DNA from: Wickerhamiella versatilis
Taxonomy: Eukaryota
Direction: 5' to 3'
Assembly (NCBI GenBank): GCA_030867685.1
Contig: JAQOWU010000008.1
Location: 3,038,001 to 3,102,000, forward strand
DNA: 64,000 bases
The notes under the pieces: generated by a model
Databases searched by the model: none
Seen by the model: the letters and a program-made list of their open reading frames with translations, nothing else
What the model was told of the DNA's origin: nothing
Shown: piece after piece, positions 41,272 through 50,302 of the stretch
Layout: each line of letters opens with the position of its first letter
Position numbering within the stretch: position 1 is the stretch's first letter
Position numbers and translations under genes: made by a program

Positions 41272-42525
41272 CTATTCCTTGTTTTGGCGGCCCCCAAGAG
41301 CACCGGGACGCAGGCTTGCGCGCCAGCTGCCACGCCAGCTATTACGCCAATTTCGTTTTCCACCATTAGTACTATTAGAAACTCCTCCCTTGGCGTCATC
41401 CTTTGGGTGATCAAGCCAATTCAGTAGGGATTTCAAAATAAATTTAGTAGCTTCAGTCTTATAGCTTTGGATTGTCGCATCGTGGAGGCCCCCAGGTTGT
41501 TCGAACCTCTCGACTGTCTTAGGTACAATTGACATCCAATCTCTGATACTGTCACGCAGCACCTCTGATGCGCCCCATGTACATGCTGTTCGTGGGGGAA
41601 GCTTGTACTTCCAAACCTCCGGAGACGCCTTAATGGGATTTACCCGGGGGTCGTCCAGGTGCTTATCATCACAAAATAGTGCTAACATTTCAGCCAGATT
41701 ATGAGTCCCCAGCAAATCAACTTTTCCGTTTTCCACATAAGAGCCGCTATCATAGTTCACAATACAGCACCAGGGGCTTAGCAACAACATACCCCACGGC
41801 ATAACATCAATCTTCTCGGGCACGTTGTTCAGCAAGTCTTTGGGCGGCACCGGCAAGCACTGTATTAGGCCAAGGCCGAGATTGCCACCACACGAGTCGC
41901 CCATTATGATGATGCGGTCACACGTCTGTGCCAGGTCCGCATAGCAGCGAACAGCCTCCCCCAGCTGTTCTGGGTATCGCGCGTAAGGGGACACGGTATA
42001 GTCAAGCACCAGGATAGACACACGGGCCTTGTCCGTATCTTTTGCGAAATTAGCTAGCCACTCAACATGGGGACCCGCCAGCTTGAGTGCAAAACCACCT
42101 CCATGAAAAAAAAGGATGACAGGATCCTCAGGCTTCCGATCAGGGACCTCTTTAAACCAGCGTGCACTATAAAGAGTATCCTCAGCCACTGGCCACGAAG
42201 GAAATATCTTATTGTAATTTGAAATTCCATTCTTACCCGAAAATTGTGACCAGGATGCCAGCTCCTCACGAAGAGGTTTTATAGGAACCATCATCCGGAT
42301 CTGCGAGATAGTGGACGACTTGGTGAAATGTCCATATATTCTATTCATCACGCCGGGCGAGAAGCGTCCTTGAAATTTTGCCCACACGGACTCCATGGAC
42401 CATAGGGGACACCACATTGGCACAGTACCAATGGTTCCGAACATGGTTAGGCGGTCCCTCATGGTAAGATTGTAGTTACTATGACCTTCGTGAAAATCAT
42501 AGGGCCCTATCTGATCCGCGTTCAT
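41272..42525 (-). CDS. Hormone-sensitive-lipase family esterase, Say1 steryl-acetyl hydrolase-like
   Basis: FHGGGF oxyanion motif, GDSCGGNL nucleophile, LLSPW, EVLRD and C-terminal H. Confidence 0.8.
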   Translation of the reverse strand: MNADQIGPYDFHEGHSNYNLTMRDRLTMFGTIGTVPMWCPLWSMESVWAKFQGRFSPGVMNRIYGHFTKSSTISQIRMMVPIKPLREELASWSQFSGKNGISNYNKIFPSWPVAEDTLYSARWFKEVPDRKPEDPVILFFHGGGFALKLAGPHVEWLANFAKDTDKARVSILVLDYTVSPYARYPEQLGEAVRCYADLAQTCDRIIIMGDSCGGNLGLGLIQCLPVPPKDLLNNVPEKIDVMPWGMLLLSPWCCIVNYDSGSYVENGKVDLLGTHNLAEMLALFCDDKHLDDPRVNPIKASPEVWKYKLPPRTACTWGASEVLRDSIRDWMSIVPKTVERFEQPGGLHDATIQSYKTEATKFILKSLLNWLDHPKDDAKGGVSNSTNGGKRNWRNSWRGSWRASLRPGALGGRQNKE

Positions 42526-43368
42526 GCCAGTAGTTAAGATTAAGATTTGGGAAGAACTGAGGGCTTACATTGCATACCGGGCTAATCTTCCGAGACTGAC
42601 TGATACAGAGGGTTGTGCTATTTTTCACGTGATTCCCGCAAGAATATTATCTATTTTATTATGGGCCGCGCTTTTTCCGTCGAATTATGAGGCGAACAGT
42701 GTTGTAAAACTTCTGATGGAATATCCGGGTAATCTCCCCCATTAAGGTTAGGGCGTGTAGACCCGGGTTGGTGACTACTTTTGGCATTTGTTGCATGATG
42801 GAAAACCGGCTCGCCGTAAACGCATTCTATTAACTGCTCCATGTCTCTCTCATGAACTGTTTTATATCGGTATCTCAATGCAGCCCACATTCTTATCACT
42901 CTACGAGATACCCCCGGCTGCCTCATCACGGTGGCAAGACAGTCTGAAGTAGTCTGACGATGCATGTGTAGGTTCCTGGGATTGATAAAGGGTGAGCCTG
43001 GTGCTATTGGGAGTTATTGTGCGACCAAATAAGAGGAATCCGGCCCATCTTACTATTAGAGGAATAAAATACTAACCCTACTTCGAAACGCAATCCTTGT
43101 ATGGGAATATCTACCCAAAAGAGGCAAGTAGCCGATAGCACGTAGAGCGTCCGCAGCGACTGCATCGACTGCAGCGTTCACAACGGCTCCTTAATGAACC
43201 CCACGAATACACCGCTATGACCTGGGGCAATAAATGTTTGATTAACACAAGACAAAGTATCATACGCTCTCTATATATATACCGGTATAACGATCAAAGA
43301 AAATAAATTATGACATACTCGGCGCTTCTCCGTAGTACGTGAGTCATATAAGAATAAGGTTGCCTCAG

Positions 43369-44415
43369 CTAATGTCCACTTGCATTGATAGCTGGCTGAT
43401 TAGGTGGGGTGCCGGTAAGGGTATCGGTGCCTCTCGTGACTTCTGCGACAGCCATTATTTGCTGAGGGACCGCTTGCGAGCCCTGAGCGTGCACCCATCG
43501 GGCCATCTGTTCAAGCTGAAGACGTAGGCGTTTATTCTCGGTAACCACTTCCTCGTTGACTTGCGTCAAGTAGTCCACTCTCTGCTTTAATGTGTCCACC
43601 CACTGCTTCTTCCGTCTGCGGCACTTAATTGCTGCAATGCGATTACGTTCCAGAAACTGCTTGCGCCGTTCATCACTCTCCGGGTCATCGTCCGAACTGC
43701 GATGGCGCATCTTTCGCGGCGGGCCCGCATGCTCTCCTTGGGTGTTACCTGCTAGCTCGTCACCCTCAGGTTCTGCTTTTTCTTGAACATGACTGAACTC
43801 ACCAGTCGTAGGTGCAGAATGGCGATGCTGGCCCAATGCAACAGGCGGGCCAGGGTCTCTTGCCGGACCGGCAGGAAGGGGCATCTGCTGCCGACCATCA
43901 TTTGTGGTCGGAGCAGGCGGCCTACCCTCCACAACTTCAGGTGGCCGGCTCAACATATACAAGCCATTCGCAGCTGCGGACTGGCCGCCAGTTATGAAAG
44001 GGGGCGCACCCTGGGCAGGTTGTGGCGCCTCTTGAGGGTCAAATGGAAGACCCATCAAAGATGGGCTGGGCAGTGCTGGATGGCGCAACATCTGGTGGAA
44101 CTTCGCGGGATTCTGGTGTCCGTTAGGCGTATTCAGAAATGATGGCGTCATCTGGCCGGCGCGGAACCCCCACGATCCCGGCGTCATATTACCCATACCA
44201 GGCTGCCCCGGAATACCACCCGAGATCAAAGGCAGAGGTGTTGTTAACTTGTCTATACCAGGAATACCCGCAGACTTTCCGTCTTCCACCGGCTGGCCGG
44301 ATGCACCGGGTTGCTGCAGATTTCCCGACGGTGGCAAGCCAGGATGAGCTGCTGCACCGCCTTGTTTGAACGACTGTTCGAAGGGATTAGGCTCAAGCTT
44401 CAGCGACGACTGCAT
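43369..44415 (-). CDS. ATF/CREB bZIP transcription factor, Atf1/Sko1 family
   Basis: N-terminal LKLEPNPFEQSF (Atf1/Sko1 OSA motif), AANGLYMLS, basic region RRKQFLERNRIAAIKCRRRKKQW and a leucine zipper. Confidence 0.88.
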   Translation of the reverse strand: MQSSLKLEPNPFEQSFKQGGAAAHPGLPPSGNLQQPGASGQPVEDGKSAGIPGIDKLTTPLPLISGGIPGQPGMGNMTPGSWGFRAGQMTPSFLNTPNGHQNPAKFHQMLRHPALPSPSLMGLPFDPQEAPQPAQGAPPFITGGQSAAANGLYMLSRPPEVVEGRPPAPTTNDGRQQMPLPAGPARDPGPPVALGQHRHSAPTTGEFSHVQEKAEPEGDELAGNTQGEHAGPPRKMRHRSSDDDPESDERRKQFLERNRIAAIKCRRRKKQWVDTLKQRVDYLTQVNEEVVTENKRLRLQLEQMARWVHAQGSQAVPQQIMAVAEVTRGTDTLTGTPPNQPAINASGH

Positions 44416-44484
44416 GGGCCACTACGGTTGCCGAATTTCGTTGTCCTGTCCCGCGTATTGCGTTGTAAGCTGACAGGCCGAATA

Positions 44485-44588
44485 TGACGTCACCCTCAGA
44501 CCAGCGCCACCGCTGACTAACGGCACGGTGGAGCTGGTCTGAGCTGTGGGCTGTGGGCAGTGAGCTTGTACAAATGTATTGTGACTCA
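44485..44588. promoter_or_regulatory. CRE (TGACGTCA) and AP-1-type sites upstream of the bZIP gene
   Basis: TGACGTCA at 44485-44492, TGACTAA at 44514-44520, TGACTCA at 44582-44588. Confidence 0.5.
44495..44543. repeat. 18-bp inverted repeat (17/18 match) with a 13-nt loop
   Basis: ctcagaccagcgccaccg (44495-44512) pairs with cggtggagctggtctgag (44526-44543). Confidence 0.85.
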
Positions 44589-44899
44589 TCGCCGTCGACG
44601 GGGGTGATCAGATATTCGGCCGACGAATCGGTGATAGCTAGAGATTGTGAGCCATTGGCGGTAAAATTGCATATGCATGCTAAATAAATTAATATAAGCA
44701 TCCAAGGGACCGTATTTTTAACCAACCGCCCCGACATAGTTCAAACCGGGCTCCCAGTTTTCTTTAAATATGGGAGCTCCAGAACATTAAATGCACATAT
44801 ATAATCGACTCCTGCTTGGGAGGAGAGTTAAAATAACCGGATCCGTTGATTTTCATTACATGTCACATTTCGTACGGATAGTCGGCCGATATACGGATT

Positions 44900-44944
44900 G
44901 TGGGGTAGTGCGGGGCCCGGTCAGCAATGGACCCCTTATATAAA
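44900..44944 (+). promoter_or_regulatory. ICL1 promoter: tandem Mig1/CreA glucose-repression boxes and TATA
   Basis: SYGGGG matches GTGGGG (44900-44905) and GCGGGG (44910-44915); TATATAAA at 44937-44944. Confidence 0.55.
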
Positions 44945-44987
44945 GCTGAAAAAAAGTTAAACGTTACGACTACTGAGGATTTGCATT

Positions 44988-46628
44988 ATGTCCGCAACAA
45001 TCGATCTTCAAGCTGAGCAAAGAGCATACGAGGCGGATGTGAAAGCCATGAAAGAATGGTGGTCGCAACCGCGGTGGAAACACACCACCCGTCCGTATAC
45101 CGCTGAGCAGGTGGTCCAAAAGAGTTCTTCCCTGCCACTACAGTTTCCCTCCAGCTACCAGGCAGATAAACTTTACAAAATTCTTGAAGGCAGGTGGAAG
45201 GATAAGACAGTGAGTGCGACATATGGCGCTCTCGACCCTGTGCAGGTGACACAGATGTCAAAATACCTTGATACAATCTACGTTTCCGGCTGGCAGTCAT
45301 CCTCGACAGCTAGCACTAGCAATGAGCCTAGTCCTGATCTTGCCGACTACCCAATGGACACAGTTCCTAACAAGGTAGAGCACTTGTGGTTCGCCCAGCT
45401 ATTCCATGACCGGAAGCAGCGCAGCGAGCGTTTGCAACTCCCCCCATCTGCACGTTCTAAGCTCGAGTACATCGACTATTTGCGCCCAATTGTTGCCGAT
45501 GCTGATACTGGTCACGGTGGATTGACTGCCACATTCAAACTCACTAAAATGTTCATCGAGAGAGGTGCCGCAGGGATCCACATAGAGGACCAGGCACCAG
45601 GAACGAAAAAGTGCGGTCATATGGCTGGAAAGGTTCTCGTTCCTGTTCAAGAACATATCAACCGTTTGGTCACTATCAGGGCTTGTGCGGATACCTTCCA
45701 TTCCGACTTAGTGTCTGTTGCTCGTACTGATAGTGAGGCGGCGACATTGATTTCTTCTACAATTGACTACCGAGATCATTATTTTATTATTGGTTCTACG
45801 AACCCGAATATCCCTCCTCTTGTGGATGTTATGAATGCTGCCGAAGCCAAAGGCGTGATTGGTGACGCCTTAGCGAAGGTTGAGAATGACTGGATAGAGC
45901 AGGCAGGGCTTAAGCTCTTCCATGAGGCTGTGATTGATGAGATAAAAGCTGGAAATTACCCCAACAAGCAGAAGCTCATTTCTGAAGTCACATCCAAGTT
46001 GACCCCCGTAAGTAATGTATCCAACGGAGAAGCTCGTATATTTGCCAAGCAATTACTAGGCAAAGATATTTACTTTGACTGGGAGAAACCTCGCGTTCGT
46101 GAAGGCTACTACCGCTACAAGGGTGGCACCCAATGTGCTGTCAACCGTGCTCGAGCGTACGCCCCGTATGTCGACCTTATTTGGATGGAGTCGAAGCTTC
46201 CAGATTATAACCAGGCCAAAGAATTCGCTGATGGGGTGCATGAGGCATTCCCAGACCAGTGGCTTGCTTACAACCTGAGCCCATCGTTCAACTGGACCAC
46301 AGCTATGAAGGCCGACGATCAGCTAACCTACATCAAAAGACTTGGGAAGCTGGGCTATGTATGGCAATTCATTACGCTGGCTGGAATGCATACAAATGCA
46401 TTGGCTTCAGCAAGCTTTGCTAAAGGCTTCAGTGAACGTGGTATGCATGCCTACGGACAAGACGTGCAGAAGCAGGAGATCGAGCTTGGTGTTGATACCG
46501 TGAAGCACCAGAAATGGTCTGGTGCCGAATACATCGACGATATACTCAAAATGCTTACCGGTGGTGTCTCATCTACGGCAGCAATGGGTAAAGGTGTGAC
46601 GGAAGATCAATTCAAGACTAAAATTTAA
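44988..46628 (+). CDS. ICL1: Isocitrate lyase
   Basis: [10 protein letters not shown] active-site motif, [29 protein letters not shown]. Confidence 0.96.
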   Translation: MSATIDLQAEQRAYEADVKAMKEWWSQPRWKHTTRPYTAEQVVQKSSSLPLQFPSSYQADKLYKILEGRWKDKTVSATYGALDPVQVTQMSKYLDTIYVSGWQSSSTASTSNEPSPDLADYPMDTVPNKVEHLWFAQLFHDRKQRSERLQLPPSARSKLEYIDYLRPIVADADTGHGGLTATFKLTKMFIERGAAGIHIEDQAPGTKKCGHMAGKVLVPVQEHINRLVTIRACADTFHSDLVSVARTDSEAATLISSTIDYRDHYFIIGSTNPNIPPLVDVMNAAEAKGVIGDALAKVENDWIEQAGLKLFHEAVIDEIKAGNYPNKQKLISEVTSKLTPVSNVSNGEARIFAKQLLGKDIYFDWEKPRVREGYYRYKGGTQCAVNRARAYAPYVDLIWMESKLPDYNQAKEFADGVHEAFPDQWLAYNLSPSFNWTTAMKADDQLTYIKRLGKLGYVWQFITLAGMHTNALASASFAKGFSERGMHAYGQDVQKQEIELGVDTVKHQKWSGAEYIDDILKMLTGGVSSTAAMGKGVTEDQFKTKI

Positions 46629-47182
46629 CTTGCTGGATAAAAGATTAATCGTATCAAGCAATTATGTGAGGCACTTTTAACGATTATATATGTATTTAGT
46701 CAGTCAATCTTGTACAATTCAATAAAGCGGGGGAGACCCGACTACTCGGCGATGTCATCTATGAGTCAGCATCCGGATAATGATACGAGGCGGAATTCGT
46801 TTGACGATACGATTCTTTATATGGTATGGGAATTAACATACTAAAATACTACGTAGCTCATTGTGGCGGTAGAAGTCAGCATATATGGCTGCATTAACAT
46901 CCATATATCATAGCTAGCTAAGATATCACGCATTATAATGCAGCAGCTATGCTGGTAAGTAATAATAAAAGTCGACAATGGACATGCTGCTCCTGATAAA
47001 TATATTTAATAGAAGGGCAAACCATCTCAAAAATGCACCTAGCAATTAATTACAACTTATATAGCTTGCAACAAGGCTTATCTGGAAAACTTCAATGTTG
47101 TCATCCTGCAGCATGGGTCTTGGTAATGGGTAAGGGTACATTGGGGACTTTGTAGGCTGGACGTCTATTTGGTAAAAACCAC

Positions 47183-49027
47183 ATGAGAGACCTCATTCCG
47201 CCTTTTTCTGGCCCACATAGGGACCATGGTTCCTACGAGGTCATATCATCAGGCACCGATAGTGAGAACAGATCACAGACTATGGGCTCGCACTCCAGCG
47301 AGACATTGAGCAGTGGTGCTACGGATTCGGGCAGTATTCCACGTTCTTCGAATCAATCTGCATTCTGGCATAGCTTCCTGCCTTATTCTCCCACCACGCC
47401 GCAAGGCTCCATTGCCACAGACAGATACCCGAAAGTCGCGCAGTCGAAGCTAAAAGTGAACGCGGAAGACGACTCCTCAGTACTGAGTTTCTCACCATTT
47501 GAGAATAGTACTGGATTAGAACTTATGCTTGATCCCAATGAAAAAGAGGCCGATGACTATCTCCATAATCCAGATCCAATTGCAGACGATAAGGAGGATT
47601 TGAGGTGCCATAAGTTGGACAAACGTGGATGGGGTTGTGTGGTAGCATCACTTCTTCTACTCGCAGGGTTCATAGTTGTATTTATATTCCTTCCCATTTT
47701 GGACTTCACGGGACCAGCACAGAGACAGAAAGCACCAAACCAAGTTACCTCGGCCAGGTTGTCCCCTTACAGTTATAAGAAGCTTTCAGCTGTCAGGCCA
47801 CTTATAGATGACGATACACCAGAAAGTGCAAAAACACACACTTCTCATGATGGATCCACCTGGGACTTGGTATTCAGTGATGAATTCAATGTTGACGGTC
47901 GCACGTTCTATCCTGGTGATGATCAGTTCTGGGAGGCTCAGAACTTTTACTATCAAGCCACCCAAGACCTCGAATGGTATGATCCAGATGCAATTACAAC
48001 CGCCAATGGGACACTGCGTATTCGTCTTGATGCTTTCAATAACCATAATCTGAATTATCGTTCAGGTATGATTCAGTCATGGAACAAGCTCTGCTTCTCC
48101 CAAGGATACATTGAGGTTGGCGCAAAGTTACCTGGTCATGGCAGTATACCGGGACTATGGCCAGGAATATGGACAATTGGGAACCTGGCACGACCAGGTT
48201 ACACAGCAACCTCTGAGGGTGTATGGCCGTATTCGTATAATGAGTGTGATGCGGGCATAACTCCTAACCAAAGTATGTATGATGGTACATCTTATCTTCC
48301 TGGCCAGCGTCTCAACAAGTGCACGTGTAAGAATGAAGACCATCCAACTCCTGGAAAGGGTAGAGGTGCTCCAGAAATAGATCTGATAGAAGGGGCAGTC
48401 TCAAGTCCTCCGCAAGTTGTCACAGGTGTGGCATCTCAGTCCCTACAGACTGCTCCTATGGATATCTGGTGGATGCCTGACTATGATTTCATTGAAATTC
48501 ACAACTACAGTGTCACTAAAATGAATCCATGGAATGGCGGTCCCTTCCAGCAAGCTGTTAGTGGTACCACGATGTTGAATGATAATTGGTATCAATATAG
48601 TGAGAATCCCTCTTTCCAAAGATATGGTCTTGAATACCTTGCCAATGATACTGATGGGTATATTTCTTGGCACGTCGGAAGCGAGGAAACGTATTCTATG
48701 TATCAAGGTGCACTATCACCGAACGGAAATGTTGGACAGCGAGATATATCGAGGGAACCAATGTCAATTGTTATGAACTTAGGTCTCTCAAATTCTTGGG
48801 CGTACATTGATTGGGTCGAACAGCTTTGGCCAAATGTTTTGGAAATTGATTATGTTCGCGTATATCAACCACCTGGAAACCATAGCATTACCTGTGATCC
48901 AGAGGGTTATGAGACAACTGGATATATTGCGAAGCATCCAAAAGCCTATCGAAACCCCAATGCCACGTCCTGGACTGGGGCGGGATATGAGTGGCCAAAG
49001 AATTCCCTCATGAATGGTTGCCAGTAA
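47183..49027 (+). CDS. KRE6: Beta-1,6-glucan synthesis protein Kre6/Skn1 (GH16-like, type II membrane)
   Basis: EKEADDYLHNPDP, single TM, LVFSDEFN, YRSGMIQSWNKLCF, GRGAPEIDLIE, WPKNSLMNGC. Confidence 0.92.
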   Translation: MRDLIPPFSGPHRDHGSYEVISSGTDSENRSQTMGSHSSETLSSGATDSGSIPRSSNQSAFWHSFLPYSPTTPQGSIATDRYPKVAQSKLKVNAEDDSSVLSFSPFENSTGLELMLDPNEKEADDYLHNPDPIADDKEDLRCHKLDKRGWGCVVASLLLLAGFIVVFIFLPILDFTGPAQRQKAPNQVTSARLSPYSYKKLSAVRPLIDDDTPESAKTHTSHDGSTWDLVFSDEFNVDGRTFYPGDDQFWEAQNFYYQATQDLEWYDPDAITTANGTLRIRLDAFNNHNLNYRSGMIQSWNKLCFSQGYIEVGAKLPGHGSIPGLWPGIWTIGNLARPGYTATSEGVWPYSYNECDAGITPNQSMYDGTSYLPGQRLNKCTCKNEDHPTPGKGRGAPEIDLIEGAVSSPPQVVTGVASQSLQTAPMDIWWMPDYDFIEIHNYSVTKMNPWNGGPFQQAVSGTTMLNDNWYQYSENPSFQRYGLEYLANDTDGYISWHVGSEETYSMYQGALSPNGNVGQRDISREPMSIVMNLGLSNSWAYIDWVEQLWPNVLEIDYVRVYQPPGNHSITCDPEGYETTGYIAKHPKAYRNPNATSWTGAGYEWPKNSLMNGCQ

Positions 49028-49134
49028 TAATAGTAAAAGTATTTTTTATTAGCAGTTTTAATTTAATTATTCATCTGATATATTCTTCCCTAGAAGGTTA
49101 TTTGCATCCCGGCATACTAATACAGTCTCTCGTA

Positions 49135-50028
49135 ATGCAGCCTTGGTTCGATGACGAGCTGACTATAAGTGCCCGTGGGGTCGATTTTCATGTTCTTTAT
49201 AGTCCTCCTAGGGAATCAAAGAGTGTTATTGTATTTCATCATGGTGTTGGTGCGTGTGCCATGTCTTTTGCATTGCTGAGCCGGGAAATCAAGGCTCGTA
49301 CAAACTTAGGTGTCTTGGCATATGATATGCGGCATCATGGGTACACTACGACAGAACAAGACCTAAATTTGGATTTGCATACGTTAGCTGATGACTGCGT
49401 AGCCGTGATATCCTCTGCATTGGAGCCAGATACCTCGATAATTTTGGTCGGTCATTCGATGGGAAGCGCGGTTGTAAGTCTGGTAGCTGCTGAGAGAAAG
49501 GTCAAAGGAGTCAGAGGTGTTGTCATGATGGAGGCTGTGGAACAATATGCTCGAAATTCGTTGACGATGATGCCTAGCCTTCTCGCGACATGGCCGAAGA
49601 GTTTTTCATCACTTGATGAGGCTACTGCCTGGTATACTGGGCGTGGACATCAACTATCTAATCGTGAAAGCGCCGTTATCAGTATTCCACCTCTCCTGAA
49701 ACAAAGGGATGATGGACGCTGGGTGTGGAAACTTGACCTTATGCGAACCCAGCCATTCTGGGAATCATGGTTCACGGGCCTTGATTCTAACTTCTTAGGA
49801 TCTCCAGAGGCCAAAATGCTTATTCTTGCTGGCACTGGTAGGCTAGATAAAGAACTCATGATTGGGCAAATGCAAGGAAAATACCAACTAATCGTTTTCA
49901 ATGATTCTGGTCATTATATACAAGAGGACCAACCTTGGAAAGTTGCTGTTGCATTAAAAGATTTTTGGGATCGGATTGGACACCCAGTACCTGTCGTTCC
50001 TAAGTTCGGCAAGTTTCGCACCGACTAG
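49135..50028 (+). CDS. PPE1: Protein phosphatase methylesterase 1
   Basis: FHHGVG, GHSMG, KMLILAGTGRLDKELMIGQMQGKYQL, GHYIQED. First ATG at 49135. Confidence 0.92.
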   Translation: MQPWFDDELTISARGVDFHVLYSPPRESKSVIVFHHGVGACAMSFALLSREIKARTNLGVLAYDMRHHGYTTTEQDLNLDLHTLADDCVAVISSALEPDTSIILVGHSMGSAVVSLVAAERKVKGVRGVVMMEAVEQYARNSLTMMPSLLATWPKSFSSLDEATAWYTGRGHQLSNRESAVISIPPLLKQRDDGRWVWKLDLMRTQPFWESWFTGLDSNFLGSPEAKMLILAGTGRLDKELMIGQMQGKYQLIVFNDSGHYIQEDQPWKVAVALKDFWDRIGHPVPVVPKFGKFRTD

Positions 50029-50302
50029 TCTAGCTCGGCGCCTGTTTTTTCTCTTAACTTTTGGTCATAAGGCTTAATCTCTAAAACCTGCCTTTGCACG
50101 GCATCTACAGAGACAAATAGTGACTTGCTTAGCACACAAGCGTAGTGCATATTTATATAGTATTAGGTTGTTAAGGAGGCTTTATGATAGATACCAATCC
50201 GTACCCTACCACAGAATGGGAATTATATTTGGAATAAAGGCATATAAAGGTTAATAGTTATGAAAACGACGCCTAGAAGAATTGTTTATATGAACAATTT
50301 GC

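Noticed and set aside
46870-47120. Several short palindromes and inverted repeats between ICL1 and KRE6 (e.g. gcattataatgc; catgctgc/gcagcatg)
   Set aside because: Too short and scattered to support a MITE or structured RNA; no target-site duplication is evident.
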